DNA of 64,000 nucleotides from Alphaproteobacteria bacterium (GTDB lineage Bacteria; Pseudomonadota; Alphaproteobacteria; GCA-2731375), in the NCBI GenBank assembly GCA_965232515.1, contig CBDDPY010000002.1, forward strand, positions 4,640,001 to 4,704,000, written 5' to 3'. Position 1 is the stretch's first letter. Each line of letters begins with the position of its first letter. Positions 47,801-57,401 of this stretch are shown here, in pieces. The position numbers and the translations under genes were made by a program. The notes under the pieces are model-generated. The model did no database searches, had not been told where the DNA came from, and saw only the letters and a program-made list of their open reading frames with translations.

Positions 47801-48595
47801 ATCGGGGCGTTCGAGTCGCGCGGCTTTGCGCTTTTGGCGGTCGGCGGCACGCCGCAGAACACGGACGTCGGTACGCCGTTCGCCGATGATCTCGAAGCGC
47901 AGATAACCGATACGGTCGGGGTCCCGCTGCGACTGCCCGGCATAGACGTGACGTTCGATGTGCCCAATACCGGCGCCAGCGTCACGGCCGACAACCTGAC
48001 CGTCGTCACTAACGAGGACGGGCTTGCCGCCCTCGCCGCGACCGCAAACGATACGGCGGGCGCATTCACGGTGAATGCCGGCGCCGGGTCGCTGACGCCG
48101 GTCGCGTTTGCGCTGGAAAACGTCGATCCAAGCGCTGGCGGCGAGCCGCCCGGCGGTGGTGGGGGCGGCGGGCCACCTGGTGGTGATGGCGGTGGCGGCG
48201 GACCGCCAGGCGGTGGCGACGGCGGCGGTGGTCCAGGCGGTGGACCGGGTGCCGGCGGCGCGGCCGCGGCGACGGCGGGCGCCGAGACCCGCGACATTCT
48301 GCCTGTCGAGTTCCAGACCGTGTTCGCGGCGTTGCCGGGCACGCTGTTGGGCGGCCTTTCGGCCGATGTCGTGGCCCAGATCGCGCCGGCCGCCGGGCCC
48401 GAAGGCCAGCCGCCTATTCCGGCGTTCGTGATTTCGGATGACATCGGATCCGCCAGCGCCTATTCGAGCGTTGGTTCGCTCGCCGTCATCGACTTTGAAT
48501 TGTGCGATCCACGGCGGGTGCCGAGCGTGACCTGCACCGTTTCGCTGCAGGTGGACGACCTCTTCGCCCGGTTCGGACAACCGGATGCGCAGTAG
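44807..48595 (+). CDS. TpsA filamentous-haemagglutinin-family exoprotein (TPS domain, PMP-like beta-helix, choice-of-anchor Q, Ig-like domain)
   Basis: IDWQSFDI and ILNPNGVVFG TPS motifs; GTWLLDP; GN.A...GGG(I/L) repeats; LGPLADNGG and DQRG...DIGAFE; start uncertain. Confidence 0.85.
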   Translation: MIPMTCGGCRPAARWFRFAYRLASWLALPLNRSGCIAAVERTEARSRRSVRNLRRERTRRGTALGLARVGLPVLVAATTLQTKQVGADGVDRLALPQGGKVSDGQADIQYDGKARLNVRQHSDRAVIDWQSFDIGAGAHTRFSQPNAGSIAVNRVSNGDPSRILGRLSANGRVMILNPNGVVFGRGARIDVGGIVASTGSIDRSAFMAGAPVLGFRDLGGGAVVNEGEISVRDGGLAAFVAPVVENSGVIRARSGRIALAGGRAAFTLDLYGDRLVNFAVADPTGGQVDNPGRLMAEGGIVELSAAEASDVVGSVINTSGVVSVASVHVDGGAIVLAGANDSTLTVAGELSAGGRNGGRIDIDGGQVEIAAGAALDASGVSNDGGRINVWSTSATIVDGDLSARGTGAGAGGFVETSSAGDLSVGETVAVDVSAEIGRSGTWLLDPDSLIVATAGSGDLVGPATGSHTVAANAVVAALATGNVTLAANTLIQIDALIDASAQANDHTLALNDQNADGDLTVTLNEQIRLAAGQQLVGQASQVNVSTAALIQNGVDVAAAGATLALAAGTFFDPDTIVIGQDLTLQGQGAEATTVSGGNAFGVFRVTGGTVSLNDLAVVDGLATSGGGIHVSGPAALELNNSRIAANAATLDGGGIFNDGGTVDVVNTTISENTAGDEGGGLFSVRGDVSVTGSLVEGNSAADHGGGLRIQSGTLDVIDTEVSGNESTDEDGGGIAGLGATMTIVSSTITGNVSLDNAGGIENTGGSLEIDNSTISNNTATTDDGGGISTNTRRTFAAPVTTIRNSTISGNTAGGNGGGLFAEGRTGIDVDVSISSSTISGNEAGDEGGGIQLLGRPGTAGQLAISNSTLTGNVAVDRGGAIDTRQSELQVNNSIVAGNTAAEFNELGQTSSVAVISNTFNLIGENGDAGGFPAAGSGNTVLTGSIDTVLGPLADNGGQTFTHALAFDSPAIDTADPAFAAPPDTDQRGFQRVFGGGLDIGAFESRGFALLAVGGTPQNTDVGTPFADDLEAQITDTVGVPLRLPGIDVTFDVPNTGASVTADNLTVVTNEDGLAALAATANDTAGAFTVNAGAGSLTPVAFALENVDPSAGGEPPGGGGGGGPPGGDGGGGGPPGGGDGGGGPGGGPGAGGAAAATAGAETRDILPVEFQTVFAALPGTLLGGLSADVVAQIAPAAGPEGQPPIPAFVISDDIGSASAYSSVGSLAVIDFELCDPRRVPSVTCTVSLQVDDLFARFGQPDAQ

Positions 48596-50309
48596 GCGCC
48601 TTATGCGCTGGAACGCCGGTCTGCCGATCGGCTGTGTTTTGTTGATTTTGTTTACCGTTGTGGACGGTGCGTTGGCCCAGGTGTTGCCACCGTCCGCCGA
48701 TCCAAGTCGTGTGCGGCAACGGTTCGAGCCGCCGCCACTGCCGCCGCGTCCGGCGCCGCCCGATGTGCCGCGACTGCCGGAGCGGGGCGTACCGCCAGGC
48801 ACGGAAGACGTGCGTTTCGTTTTGTCCGAGGTCCGGATCGAGGGGGCGACGGTCTATGATGCCGACGAATTTCGGCCGCTCTATGGCGAGCTGATCGGCC
48901 AGGAGATTTCGCTCAACCGCATATTCCGGATTACCCAGTCGATCACGGCGCGGTATCGCAGCGACGGCTATGTGCTGTCGCAAGCGTTACTGCCGGCGCA
49001 GCGGATCGAAGGCGGCGTCGTCCGCATTCAGGTCATCGAAGGTTTCGTCGATGCCTTTCGCATCGAAGGAGAGCCGAGGGGCGGCAGTGACCTCATTGCT
49101 GCCTATGCCGAGAAGATCGTCGCGTCGCGGCCATTGCGAAACAGCGATCTCGAACGGTACCTGCTGTTGATGAACGACCTGTCGGGTCTCCGAGTTCGCA
49201 GCGTGTTGCTGCCGTCGCCCGACACGCCGGGCGCCGCCGACATGACGCTGGTCGTTGAGGAAAAGCGATTCGACGCTGTTGGCACGATCGATAATCGCGG
49301 CACCAAGTTCCTTGGTCGGTCACAATATCTGGCGTCTTTGGCTGCTAACTCGCTGCTGTCCCTGCACGAACGGATGCAACTGCAGTATGTCGGCGCGCCG
49401 ACAACGTCGGAGCGCGAGCTGTCCTATATATCGGGCAGCTATCAGCAACCGATCTTCGATGAGGGGACGACATTGTCCTTGTTTGCCAGCCGATCCGATA
49501 CGGAGCCGGGGAGCGAGCTGGAAGATCTCGAGATCGAAGGCGAATCGACAACGCTAATCCTGTCGGCCTCCCATCCGTTCATTCGCTCGCGGCGGCAAAA
49601 CCTGTCGGTGGCGTTGCAGTTCGACGTGCGAAATTCCGAGACCGACATCTTCGGTACTCAGACCTTTTCCAAGGATCGTCTTCGCGTGTTGCGCGCCCGC
49701 ATGCTCTACGACTTGGTCGATACCTGGGCCGGCGTGAATTTGGTCGATGTCGAGGTGAGTCAGGGCCTGAATGTTTTCGGCGCATCCGATGATGGCGATG
49801 ACAATCTGTCAAGAGTGGGTGGACGAAGCGACTTCTTTAAGGTGGCGGCAACGGCGCAGCGGGTGCAGGACCTTGGGTTCCTGAAGGACGGCCTCGGTCT
49901 GTTGTTGAGTGTGGGCGGCCAGAAGTCGGCGAATGCCTTGCTGTCGGTCGAGGAGTTCGGACTCGGCGGCATCGACTTCGGCCGCGCCTACGATCCATCC
50001 GAGTTGACGGGCGACGACGGTCTGGCCGGCCGGATCGAATTGCGACTCGACTTCGACGAGGTGTTGTCGCAGCCGACCGAGTTGTTCCAGGTCTACACCT
50101 ATTACGATATCGGCAAGGTTTGGAACCGCGGCGACGTCGCGGGTGAGTCGTCGGGCGAATCGCTGGCCTCGGCCGGCGTGGGCGTCCGCTTCGCCATCAC
50201 CGATTGGCTGAGCGGCAGCCTGGAAGCCGGCAAGCCGCTGACTCGACGCGTCGACGCGGAGGGAGACAAGGAATGGCGCGGCTTTTTTACGCTGCGGGCG
50301 GAGTGGTAG
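48585..50309 (+). CDS. TpsB ShlB/FhaC/HecB outer-membrane secretion protein
   Basis: POTRA YRSDGYVLS and LERYLLLMNDL; FGRAY loop; C-terminal W. Confidence 0.9.
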   Translation: MRSRRLMRWNAGLPIGCVLLILFTVVDGALAQVLPPSADPSRVRQRFEPPPLPPRPAPPDVPRLPERGVPPGTEDVRFVLSEVRIEGATVYDADEFRPLYGELIGQEISLNRIFRITQSITARYRSDGYVLSQALLPAQRIEGGVVRIQVIEGFVDAFRIEGEPRGGSDLIAAYAEKIVASRPLRNSDLERYLLLMNDLSGLRVRSVLLPSPDTPGAADMTLVVEEKRFDAVGTIDNRGTKFLGRSQYLASLAANSLLSLHERMQLQYVGAPTTSERELSYISGSYQQPIFDEGTTLSLFASRSDTEPGSELEDLEIEGESTTLILSASHPFIRSRRQNLSVALQFDVRNSETDIFGTQTFSKDRLRVLRARMLYDLVDTWAGVNLVDVEVSQGLNVFGASDDGDDNLSRVGGRSDFFKVAATAQRVQDLGFLKDGLGLLLSVGGQKSANALLSVEEFGLGGIDFGRAYDPSELTGDDGLAGRIELRLDFDEVLSQPTELFQVYTYYDIGKVWNRGDVAGESSGESLASAGVGVRFAITDWLSGSLEAGKPLTRRVDAEGDKEWRGFFTLRAEW

Positions 50310-50546
50310 ATACGCAGCGGGACGTTTGTGCCGGCACAGACCGGTTCTCGCTGCCATAGTCGCGGCGTTTGCTTCTGCGTGGATCGATATTGGTTCCGCC
50401 GCATAAAGCCTCATATCGAGCAGCGTTCATGGATAGGCGGCCGTGTGGCCGGCGGGCTTTCCGGCGGCCATTGACAGATCACACGCTTGACGGTCGTTGC
50501 GGTCGATCTCTACCGTTTCCGCGGCTTCAATCGGCGGATCGACGAT

Positions 50547-51581
50547 ATGGTAAGACTGCGGGTGGGATTGATCGGCCTCGGCATGGCGGTGACGCCGCAT
50601 GCCACGAGCTTGCGCGACCTGTCGGATCGCGTCGACGTGGCGCATGCGTTCAGCCCGACGGCGACGCGACGGTCGGCATTTTCCGAGCGATTTCCTGAGT
50701 TCCCGCTGGCCGATGACCTCGACGCAGTGCTGGGCGATCCCGGCATCGATGCGGTTTTCATTTTGACGCCACCGAACACCCACCTTGAACTGGTGCGCCG
50801 CTGCGCGGCCGCGGGCAAGCATGTGCTGCTGGAGAAGCCGCTCGAGATCGACACGCGCCGGGCGGTCGAATTGGTCGACACCTGCCGGACATCAGGCGTT
50901 CGCCTGGGTGTGATGTTGCAGCATCGCTATCGGCCGACGGGTCTGGCGCTGCGCGAGGTTCTGGCAAGCGGCCGGCTCGGCGCAATTGCCGGCTGCTCGA
51001 CCGTTTGCCGCCTCTGGCGACCGCAGAGCTACTACGACGAGCCGGGACGCGGCGACAAGGACCGCGACGGCGGCGGTGTGCTGATGACGCAGGCGATCCA
51101 TACGCTGGATCTGATGCTGAGCCTCGCGGGCCCGGTGCAGGAGGTTGTCGGTTTCGCGAAGACCAGCGCACTGCACCGCATGCAGACCGAGGACATGGTC
51201 GCGGCCGCCGTGCGCTATGCCAATGGTGCGCTCGGCACCATCGACGCCACCACGGCGGCCTATCCCGGCTACCCGGAACGCATCGAGCTGATCGGCGAAA
51301 ACGGCACGGCGGTGCTTGCCGGAACGTCGCTGCTGGTGCAGTTCCATGACGGCACGACGATCTCCGAGGACCCGCCCGCGGCAGGTGACGGGACGGGCGC
51401 CGATCCCATGGCGTTTCCGCATGACTGGCATCGCGCGCTGATCACGGATTTTCTCGATGCCATTGATGCCGACCGCGATCCGCCCGTCAACGGAGAGACG
51501 GCGTTGAACGTCCATCGACTGATCGATGCGCTGTTGCTGGCCGCCGAGACGGGCGGTCGGGTTGCGGTGGCGGGGGCTTGA
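50547..51581 (+). CDS. Gfo/Idh/MocA oxidoreductase
   Basis: VGLIGLG, GKHVLLEKP, GGGVLMTQAIHTLD. Confidence 0.92.
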   Translation: MVRLRVGLIGLGMAVTPHATSLRDLSDRVDVAHAFSPTATRRSAFSERFPEFPLADDLDAVLGDPGIDAVFILTPPNTHLELVRRCAAAGKHVLLEKPLEIDTRRAVELVDTCRTSGVRLGVMLQHRYRPTGLALREVLASGRLGAIAGCSTVCRLWRPQSYYDEPGRGDKDRDGGGVLMTQAIHTLDLMLSLAGPVQEVVGFAKTSALHRMQTEDMVAAAVRYANGALGTIDATTAAYPGYPERIELIGENGTAVLAGTSLLVQFHDGTTISEDPPAAGDGTGADPMAFPHDWHRALITDFLDAIDADRDPPVNGETALNVHRLIDALLLAAETGGRVAVAGA

Positions 51582-51582
51582 C

Positions 51583-52470
51583 GTGGCGGTCGAGATCGAC
51601 TGCGTCGTCGATGCGAAAGCGACGTGCGGCGAAAGCCCGGTCTGGTGTCCGATCGAGCAACGTCTCTATTGGGTCGATATCGACGGCAAAGCGCTGCATC
51701 GCTTCGATCCGGCGACCGGCCACAATGACACCTGGCCGATGCCCGAGGAGATCGGTTGCATCGCCTTGCGGAAATCCGGCGGTCTGCTCGCCGGTATGCG
51801 GTCGGGCTATTTCGGCATCGACCTCGAAACCGGTGCGGCGACGCGGCTCGGCGATCCCGAGCCCGACAAGCCGGACAACCGCTTCAATGACGGCGCGGTC
51901 GATCCGGCCGGCCGGTTCTGGACCGGCACCATGCGTATGTCGGCGGCGGACCGGACCGATGACGGTGTGCTTTACCGCATCGACCCGGATTATTCCTGCC
52001 GTGCGGTCCTGGGTCATTTGTGGACGGTCAATGGACTTGCCTTCAGTCCGGACGGCCGTCGGATGTACCTGTCGGACACGAATGCGCAGGTGCAGACGAT
52101 CTGGGTCTTCGACTACGATGCGAATAACGGCGCCGCCACCAATAAGCGGGTGTTCGCGGCGACGCACGATCTTGCCGGCCGCCCCGACGGCGGCGCGGTC
52201 GATGCCGACGGCGGCTACTGGATGGCCGGGGTCGGCGGTTGGCAACTGGTGCGGTTCACGCCAGACGGCGATGTCGACCGCATTATAGAATTGCCGGTGG
52301 AGCGGCCGAGCAAGATCGCCTTCGGCGGTCCCGATCTGGACGTGATGTATGTGACATCGATCCGGCGCGGCACCACGCCGGACACGCTCGATCGGCAGCC
52401 GCAGGCCGGCGGCTTGTTCGCCGTGCGTGCCGGTGTCACTGGCGTCGCCACGCCCCGGTTTGCCGGTTGA
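51583..52470 (+). CDS. SMP-30/gluconolactonase family protein
   Basis: GESPVW, NRFNDG, NGLAFSPDG, PDGGAVD, FGG. Confidence 0.92.
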   Translation: MAVEIDCVVDAKATCGESPVWCPIEQRLYWVDIDGKALHRFDPATGHNDTWPMPEEIGCIALRKSGGLLAGMRSGYFGIDLETGAATRLGDPEPDKPDNRFNDGAVDPAGRFWTGTMRMSAADRTDDGVLYRIDPDYSCRAVLGHLWTVNGLAFSPDGRRMYLSDTNAQVQTIWVFDYDANNGAATNKRVFAATHDLAGRPDGGAVDADGGYWMAGVGGWQLVRFTPDGDVDRIIELPVERPSKIAFGGPDLDVMYVTSIRRGTTPDTLDRQPQAGGLFAVRAGVTGVATPRFAG

Positions 52471-52531
52471 TTGCCCGAACGGTTTGGGAAAATTGTTGTC
52501 GGATGTGAGTTCAACTAGATGTCAATTAACT

Positions 52532-52545
52532 AACGGACGTTCGTT
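52532..52545. promoter_or_regulatory. Imperfect palindrome, candidate TetR-type operator
   Basis: AACGGACGTTCGTT in an AT-rich region upstream of the Rieske gene. Confidence 0.4.
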
Positions 52546-52635
52546 TCTTGTTGATATGACTGCTCCGACGGCACATGATAGGCGCCGCGCCTATTGGGCT
52601 CGATAGCCCCGTCGCGGCGGCCGGGAGGAACTCAG

Positions 52636-53790
52636 ATGGAACACAGTGAGCAGGTACGCCAGGCCCGGAAGATCTTCGACTTCATGGATACCGGGACCAC
52701 GGCGATGGTCGACGAGATCTATCGCAACAACGTGACCGACTATACCTGCCGGGAACAGTTCGTGAAGGAGAAGCAGTCGCTGTTCCGCCAGCATCCGCTG
52801 AATCTGGGATTGAGCTGTCGCGTCCCGGCGCCCGGCGACTTCTTCACCGACGATTTCTCCGGCGTGCCGATCCTGGTCGTGCGCGGCCGCGATAATGTGC
52901 TGCGGGCGTTCATGAATGTCTGCCGGCATCGCGGCGCCAAGGTGGCGTCCGGATGTGGACAGGGCGTGCACGGCTTCAGCTGTCCCTACCATGCCTGGAG
53001 CTACGGCCTTGACGGCGGCTTGAAGGCCATCCCGTTCGGGCAGGGCTTCGGCGATGTCGACAAGGCGAAGAACGGGCTTGTCCCCCTGCCGCTTGTCGAG
53101 AAGTACGGGATGATCTGGGTGACGCCGACACCCGGCGATACGATGGCGATTGACGACTATCTTGCCGGGCTCGAGGTCGATCTTGCCGCCTATGCGCTGG
53201 ACGGCTACGCGCACTACGAAACGCGGGTGATCGAACGCCGGATGAATTGGAAGCTGGTGGTCGATACGTTCCTGGAGAGCTATCACCTGCCGGTGCTGCA
53301 CAAGAACACCATCGCGCCGATCCTGCGCGGAAATCTGGCGACGTTCGATCCTTTTGGCAACAACGAGCGCCTGATCTTCGTGCGTTTCAGCATGGATGAG
53401 ATGCGCACGCAGCCCGAGCAGGATTGGGACCTGATCAAGCATACGGCCGTGGTCAACATCCTGTTCCCCAACACGGTCTGCATCATGCAAGGCGACCATC
53501 TGGAGATGTTCCACATTTATCCCGATGGCGATGACGTGAACAAGAGCCGGATGTATGTGTCGCTCTATACGCCCGAGCCGGCGGAAACGGAGAGCGCGCG
53601 CGGCCACTGGGACCGCAACTTCGATTTGCTCCTGCGGACCGTCGAAGACGAGGATTTTCCGGTTGGTGAGGACATCCAGCGCAGCTTCTCTTCCGGCGCG
53701 CAGGATCACATCACGTTCGGTCGGAACGAACCCGGTCTTGCGCATTTTCACAGGTCGGTGAAACAGGCTCTGGGTTGGCAGGCCGCTTGA
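52636..53790 (+). CDS. Rieske ring-hydroxylating oxygenase alpha subunit
   Basis: CRHRG...CPYH Rieske site; ESYHLPVLH and ED mononuclear Fe ligands; GGAGG RBS. Confidence 0.92.
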   Translation: MEHSEQVRQARKIFDFMDTGTTAMVDEIYRNNVTDYTCREQFVKEKQSLFRQHPLNLGLSCRVPAPGDFFTDDFSGVPILVVRGRDNVLRAFMNVCRHRGAKVASGCGQGVHGFSCPYHAWSYGLDGGLKAIPFGQGFGDVDKAKNGLVPLPLVEKYGMIWVTPTPGDTMAIDDYLAGLEVDLAAYALDGYAHYETRVIERRMNWKLVVDTFLESYHLPVLHKNTIAPILRGNLATFDPFGNNERLIFVRFSMDEMRTQPEQDWDLIKHTAVVNILFPNTVCIMQGDHLEMFHIYPDGDDVNKSRMYVSLYTPEPAETESARGHWDRNFDLLLRTVEDEDFPVGEDIQRSFSSGAQDHITFGRNEPGLAHFHRSVKQALGWQAA

Positions 53791-53824
53791 AGCGGGGCGC
53801 AAGCCACAACGCTGGGAGGCCGTC

Positions 53825-54937
53825 ATGCATGTCGGCATGAGCACCTTTTTTCAGAACCTGACCGGCGATCACAGCGACCGAGACGTTTACCTCCACGAGC
53901 TGTCGATGGCCGATATGGCGGAACCCCTGGGGTTCGATTCGATCTGGTCCGCCGAGCACCATTTCGATCAATACACGATGTGCCCGAACGTGGCGCAGTT
54001 CCTGACCTACATGGCCGGCCGCACAGAGCGGGTGAAGCTCGGATCGATGGTGATGGTGTTGCCGTGGCACGATCCGGTTCGGCTGGCCGAAGAGGTTTCG
54101 GTGCTGGATCATCTGTCGGGCGGCCGGGTGATCCTGGGCGTCGGTCGCGGTCTGGGCCGCATCGAGTTCGATGGCTTCCGTGTCGAGATGGGCGAATCCC
54201 GTGAGCGTTTCGTCGAGTATGCCGAGGCGATCCTGAACAGCCTTGAGACGGGTCATATCGAATACGACGGCACCCATTATAAGCAGCCGAGGAAAGCGAT
54301 CCGGCCGTTCCCGTTCCGCAGTTTTCGCGGACGGACCTATGCTGCCGCGGTCTCGCCCGAGTCGGCGCGGATCATGGCGCGTCTCGGCATCGGCATTCTG
54401 ATCATCGCCCAGAAGCCATGGGATAAGGCCGTGGCCGAGCTCGACAATTACCGGCAGATCTATCTCGACATGAACGGCGTCGCGGCGCCGAAGCCGATTA
54501 TCGCCAGCTTCATTGCCTGCCACGAGGACGAGTCCGTGGCCCGCGAGATGCTCGACAATAACATCCGCGGCTATAGCCGTTCGGCGTTGGACCACTACGA
54601 GTTTCACAACGCGGGCCTGGCCGACATCAAGGGTTATGAGTATTACGGCGCGCTCGCCAAGAACATCGAGAAGCACGGCATCGATGCGTTTGTGAACTTT
54701 CTCGCCGAGCTGCAGATCTACGGCACACCCGACCAGTGCTTCGAGAAGCTGATGGAGCATCACAGGCTGGCCGATAGCGGCGGCCTGATTGGCATCTTCA
54801 GCTATGGCGGCATGCCGCATGATCTGGCAAAGCAGAACATGCGGCTGTTCGCCGAGAAGGTGATGCCGCGGCTGAAAGCCATTGATACCGGTTCGGGCGT
54901 TGGTGGCGGCGCGCCCCTGACGGTGGCGGCCGAATAA
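53825..54937 (+). CDS. LLM-class flavin-dependent oxidoreductase
   Basis: GFDSIWSAEHHF, PVRLAEE, LSGGRVILGVGRG, LFAEKVMP. Confidence 0.92.
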   Translation: MHVGMSTFFQNLTGDHSDRDVYLHELSMADMAEPLGFDSIWSAEHHFDQYTMCPNVAQFLTYMAGRTERVKLGSMVMVLPWHDPVRLAEEVSVLDHLSGGRVILGVGRGLGRIEFDGFRVEMGESRERFVEYAEAILNSLETGHIEYDGTHYKQPRKAIRPFPFRSFRGRTYAAAVSPESARIMARLGIGILIIAQKPWDKAVAELDNYRQIYLDMNGVAAPKPIIASFIACHEDESVAREMLDNNIRGYSRSALDHYEFHNAGLADIKGYEYYGALAKNIEKHGIDAFVNFLAELQIYGTPDQCFEKLMEHHRLADSGGLIGIFSYGGMPHDLAKQNMRLFAEKVMPRLKAIDTGSGVGGGAPLTVAAE

Positions 54938-54955
54938 CATCCGGACGGGTTTGAA

Positions 54956-56218
54956 TCAGCGGTTGCCGCCGGCCAGCTTGATGGCGTCGGGATGGGCGCG
55001 TAGTCGGGCCATGGCGATAACACCCAACACGGGGCCGATGGCCAAAGGTGCAAAGGCATAGCGCCAGCCCAGCCAGTCGACCAGCGCCGGTATCATATGG
55101 ATCGTCGTCAGCGTCAGCAGGAAGCCGATACAGGTCTGGATTGTCAGCATGGTACCGACGTGATCGCGCTCGGCCAGTTCGATGACGCAGGATGAGAACT
55201 GTGCCGAGTCGGCGACCACGGTGACGCCCCAGACGAGGCATAACGCGACCAGCAGCCACGGACTGCCGCCGAACAGAAAACCGACGACCAGCGCGCAACT
55301 GCCGCTGATGGCCATGGCCAGTATCGTCAACGTGGTGCGACCGAGCCGGTCGGCAAAGACGCCGCCGAACAGGCAGCCGGCGGCGCCGGCGCCGATGATC
55401 GCAAATGTGGCGAGGTCTGCCAGCAAGGTTGCGTCCGTTCCGCCGATGCTGCGGGCGAAGCTTTCATGCAGGAACAGGCCGATCCAGGCCCACATGGCAT
55501 AGAGCTCCCACATGTGTCCGAAATAGCCGAAATTCGCCAGACGCAGCGCCTTATTTCGCCAAGCCCTGAGCACGGCCGCCGGCTCGAACGGAGGCGCGGC
55601 GGCACGGATCGGTCCCAGGCTGACAGCGTTAACCAGCAGGCCAGACAGGGCCGCCGCGCATGAAGCCATGACCAGAGTGGGCTGCCAGTCGATGCCGCCC
55701 GCGGCATTGAAGAGATAGGGCGAAGCGGAGCCCAGCGTCAGCGCGCCAACCAGCAGTCCCACCAGCAGGCCCGTATCGCCCTTGGCCCAGGTGGCGATCA
55801 TCTTCATGCCGACCGGGTACGTGCCGGCCATGCAGGCGCCGGTCAGGAACCTGAGCGCGACGACAGCCGGCGAGGTCGGCTCGAACAGCAGGATGGCGGC
55901 ATTCGCTGCGGCGGCGATAAATGCCGCCGCCATGAAGAAGCGACGCGGATGCAGCCGGTCCGCCAGTCCCAGCAAGGCGCTGCCGAACGTGCCAACGACA
56001 AAGCCGACAGCGACGCTGCTGCTGAACAACGAGGCCTGAAGATCGCTCAGCGCATATTCCACGCGCAAGGTCGGCACCACGGCCGCGGCCGAGAACCATA
56101 GACTGAGCGCCATGATCTCGCAGACGGCGAGCAGCGCGACCGAAGGCCATTTGCCTTTCGTTCGGAAGCGCTCGCCCGAATCTTGTTCGCCGATGCCGTT
56201 TCGGTGCTGCTGCGTCAA
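54956..56218 (-). CDS. MFS transporter
   Basis: About 12 TM segments; GYFGHMWELY, ADRLGR, VADSAQFS. Confidence 0.9.
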   Translation of the reverse strand: MTQQHRNGIGEQDSGERFRTKGKWPSVALLAVCEIMALSLWFSAAAVVPTLRVEYALSDLQASLFSSSVAVGFVVGTFGSALLGLADRLHPRRFFMAAAFIAAAANAAILLFEPTSPAVVALRFLTGACMAGTYPVGMKMIATWAKGDTGLLVGLLVGALTLGSASPYLFNAAGGIDWQPTLVMASCAAALSGLLVNAVSLGPIRAAAPPFEPAAVLRAWRNKALRLANFGYFGHMWELYAMWAWIGLFLHESFARSIGGTDATLLADLATFAIIGAGAAGCLFGGVFADRLGRTTLTILAMAISGSCALVVGFLFGGSPWLLVALCLVWGVTVVADSAQFSSCVIELAERDHVGTMLTIQTCIGFLLTLTTIHMIPALVDWLGWRYAFAPLAIGPVLGVIAMARLRAHPDAIKLAGGNR

Positions 56219-56336
56219 GGGATGTGTTGGTATGAATGCGGAACAGACGGATCGTCACGAATCCGCATCCTAGCAAACGCAGCGCGGAATGGGTCGCTTG
56301 GGATGTTGCCGCGGTGCCGCTCCGCGGCGAAGCGGC

Positions 56337-57329
56337 CTAATCGCCGTCGTCTTCGGGGGGCGCGATGTTTTCGAGCCGTTTTGCGAGTTTGTCTTTCAAC
56401 TTCGGACCGATGACGAATTCGACACCCAATGTGTTGTCCGCGCCCACATGCCGGACCTCGGCTTCGAAGTCGCCCAGTTTCGGGTCCGTGACGAACAGCA
56501 CATCGCCCAGGTTTGCCTTGGCATCGCTCTTGATGAGCGCCCCGCCGCCGGAGATGTTGGCGACCGTGCATTTGCTGACGTCGCCATTCACGGTCAGTTG
56601 CGCCAGTGTATCCATGGCCCAGCGCCGATAGCGACGTCGGTTCTCGACGCTGTCGGGTGGCTCGGCGTCCGACGGATCGTCGGTTCCGGTTCCCTCCGCG
56701 TCCAGGGGCGCAACCTTGTGGAGGCGGGTACGAAGATAGTCCCACAATTGGGCGATCTCGGAATCGTCACTTCCGTCTGATGTATCAGACCGGCTTTCGT
56801 TGGCGGCCGCAGCCGATTCCAATTCGCCGCCCTGATTTACGGTCACCGGCGAGACGGTGCCGTACTGGCAGAGCACGATGGCGGTTTCCGCGCTGGCGTC
56901 CGGATCGGGATTGCTGGACGGCACATTGATGATGAAGACGAATGGCTTGGCCTGCATCTCGACGGAGTCGAGCGTGCCTTTCACGCTGTCGAGCTGGGCG
57001 GTATCCGGCACCGTCGGTATGGCGACGAGGTCGGAGAATGCGATGGCTTGTTCGGTTGCTTCCCGTTCCTCCGCGCTCGTATCGATCACGGCGAGCGCCA
57101 GCCCATCGTTATATTGCCGCTCAAGTTCCGGCAGCAGATCGGCGACGTCACGGCAAATCAGCTTCGGGGCGTCAGCGTCCGAGGCGTCTTCCGCGTCGTT
57201 TGCGGCATGGCCGGGCGACAGCCGAATAACGGCCACCTCACCCTCACCGGCGTGCCGCGCCTGCTGGGCGATCTGATTGGCTAAAGCGCCACTTCCGTCG
57301 CCATGTGAGATGAAAGACAGTATTCGCAT
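56337..57329 (-). CDS. Degenerate ParA/MinD-like domain fused to PilZ
   Basis: AVIDT, SDLVAIP, FVFIIN and EIAQLW ParA scaffold with Walker A lost (HGDGSG); NRRRYRR and NISGGG PilZ motifs. Confidence 0.75.
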   Translation of the reverse strand: MRILSFISHGDGSGALANQIAQQARHAGEGEVAVIRLSPGHAANDAEDASDADAPKLICRDVADLLPELERQYNDGLALAVIDTSAEEREATEQAIAFSDLVAIPTVPDTAQLDSVKGTLDSVEMQAKPFVFIINVPSSNPDPDASAETAIVLCQYGTVSPVTVNQGGELESAAAANESRSDTSDGSDDSEIAQLWDYLRTRLHKVAPLDAEGTGTDDPSDAEPPDSVENRRRYRRWAMDTLAQLTVNGDVSKCTVANISGGGALIKSDAKANLGDVLFVTDPKLGDFEAEVRHVGADNTLGVEFVIGPKLKDKLAKRLENIAPPEDDGD

Positions 57330-57401
57330 GGGGTCAGTTGCCTTGCATCGCACCCGGCCGTGATCGACCTCGGCCTGCCGCGGCGAGTCTGCCGGACAGC
57401 C

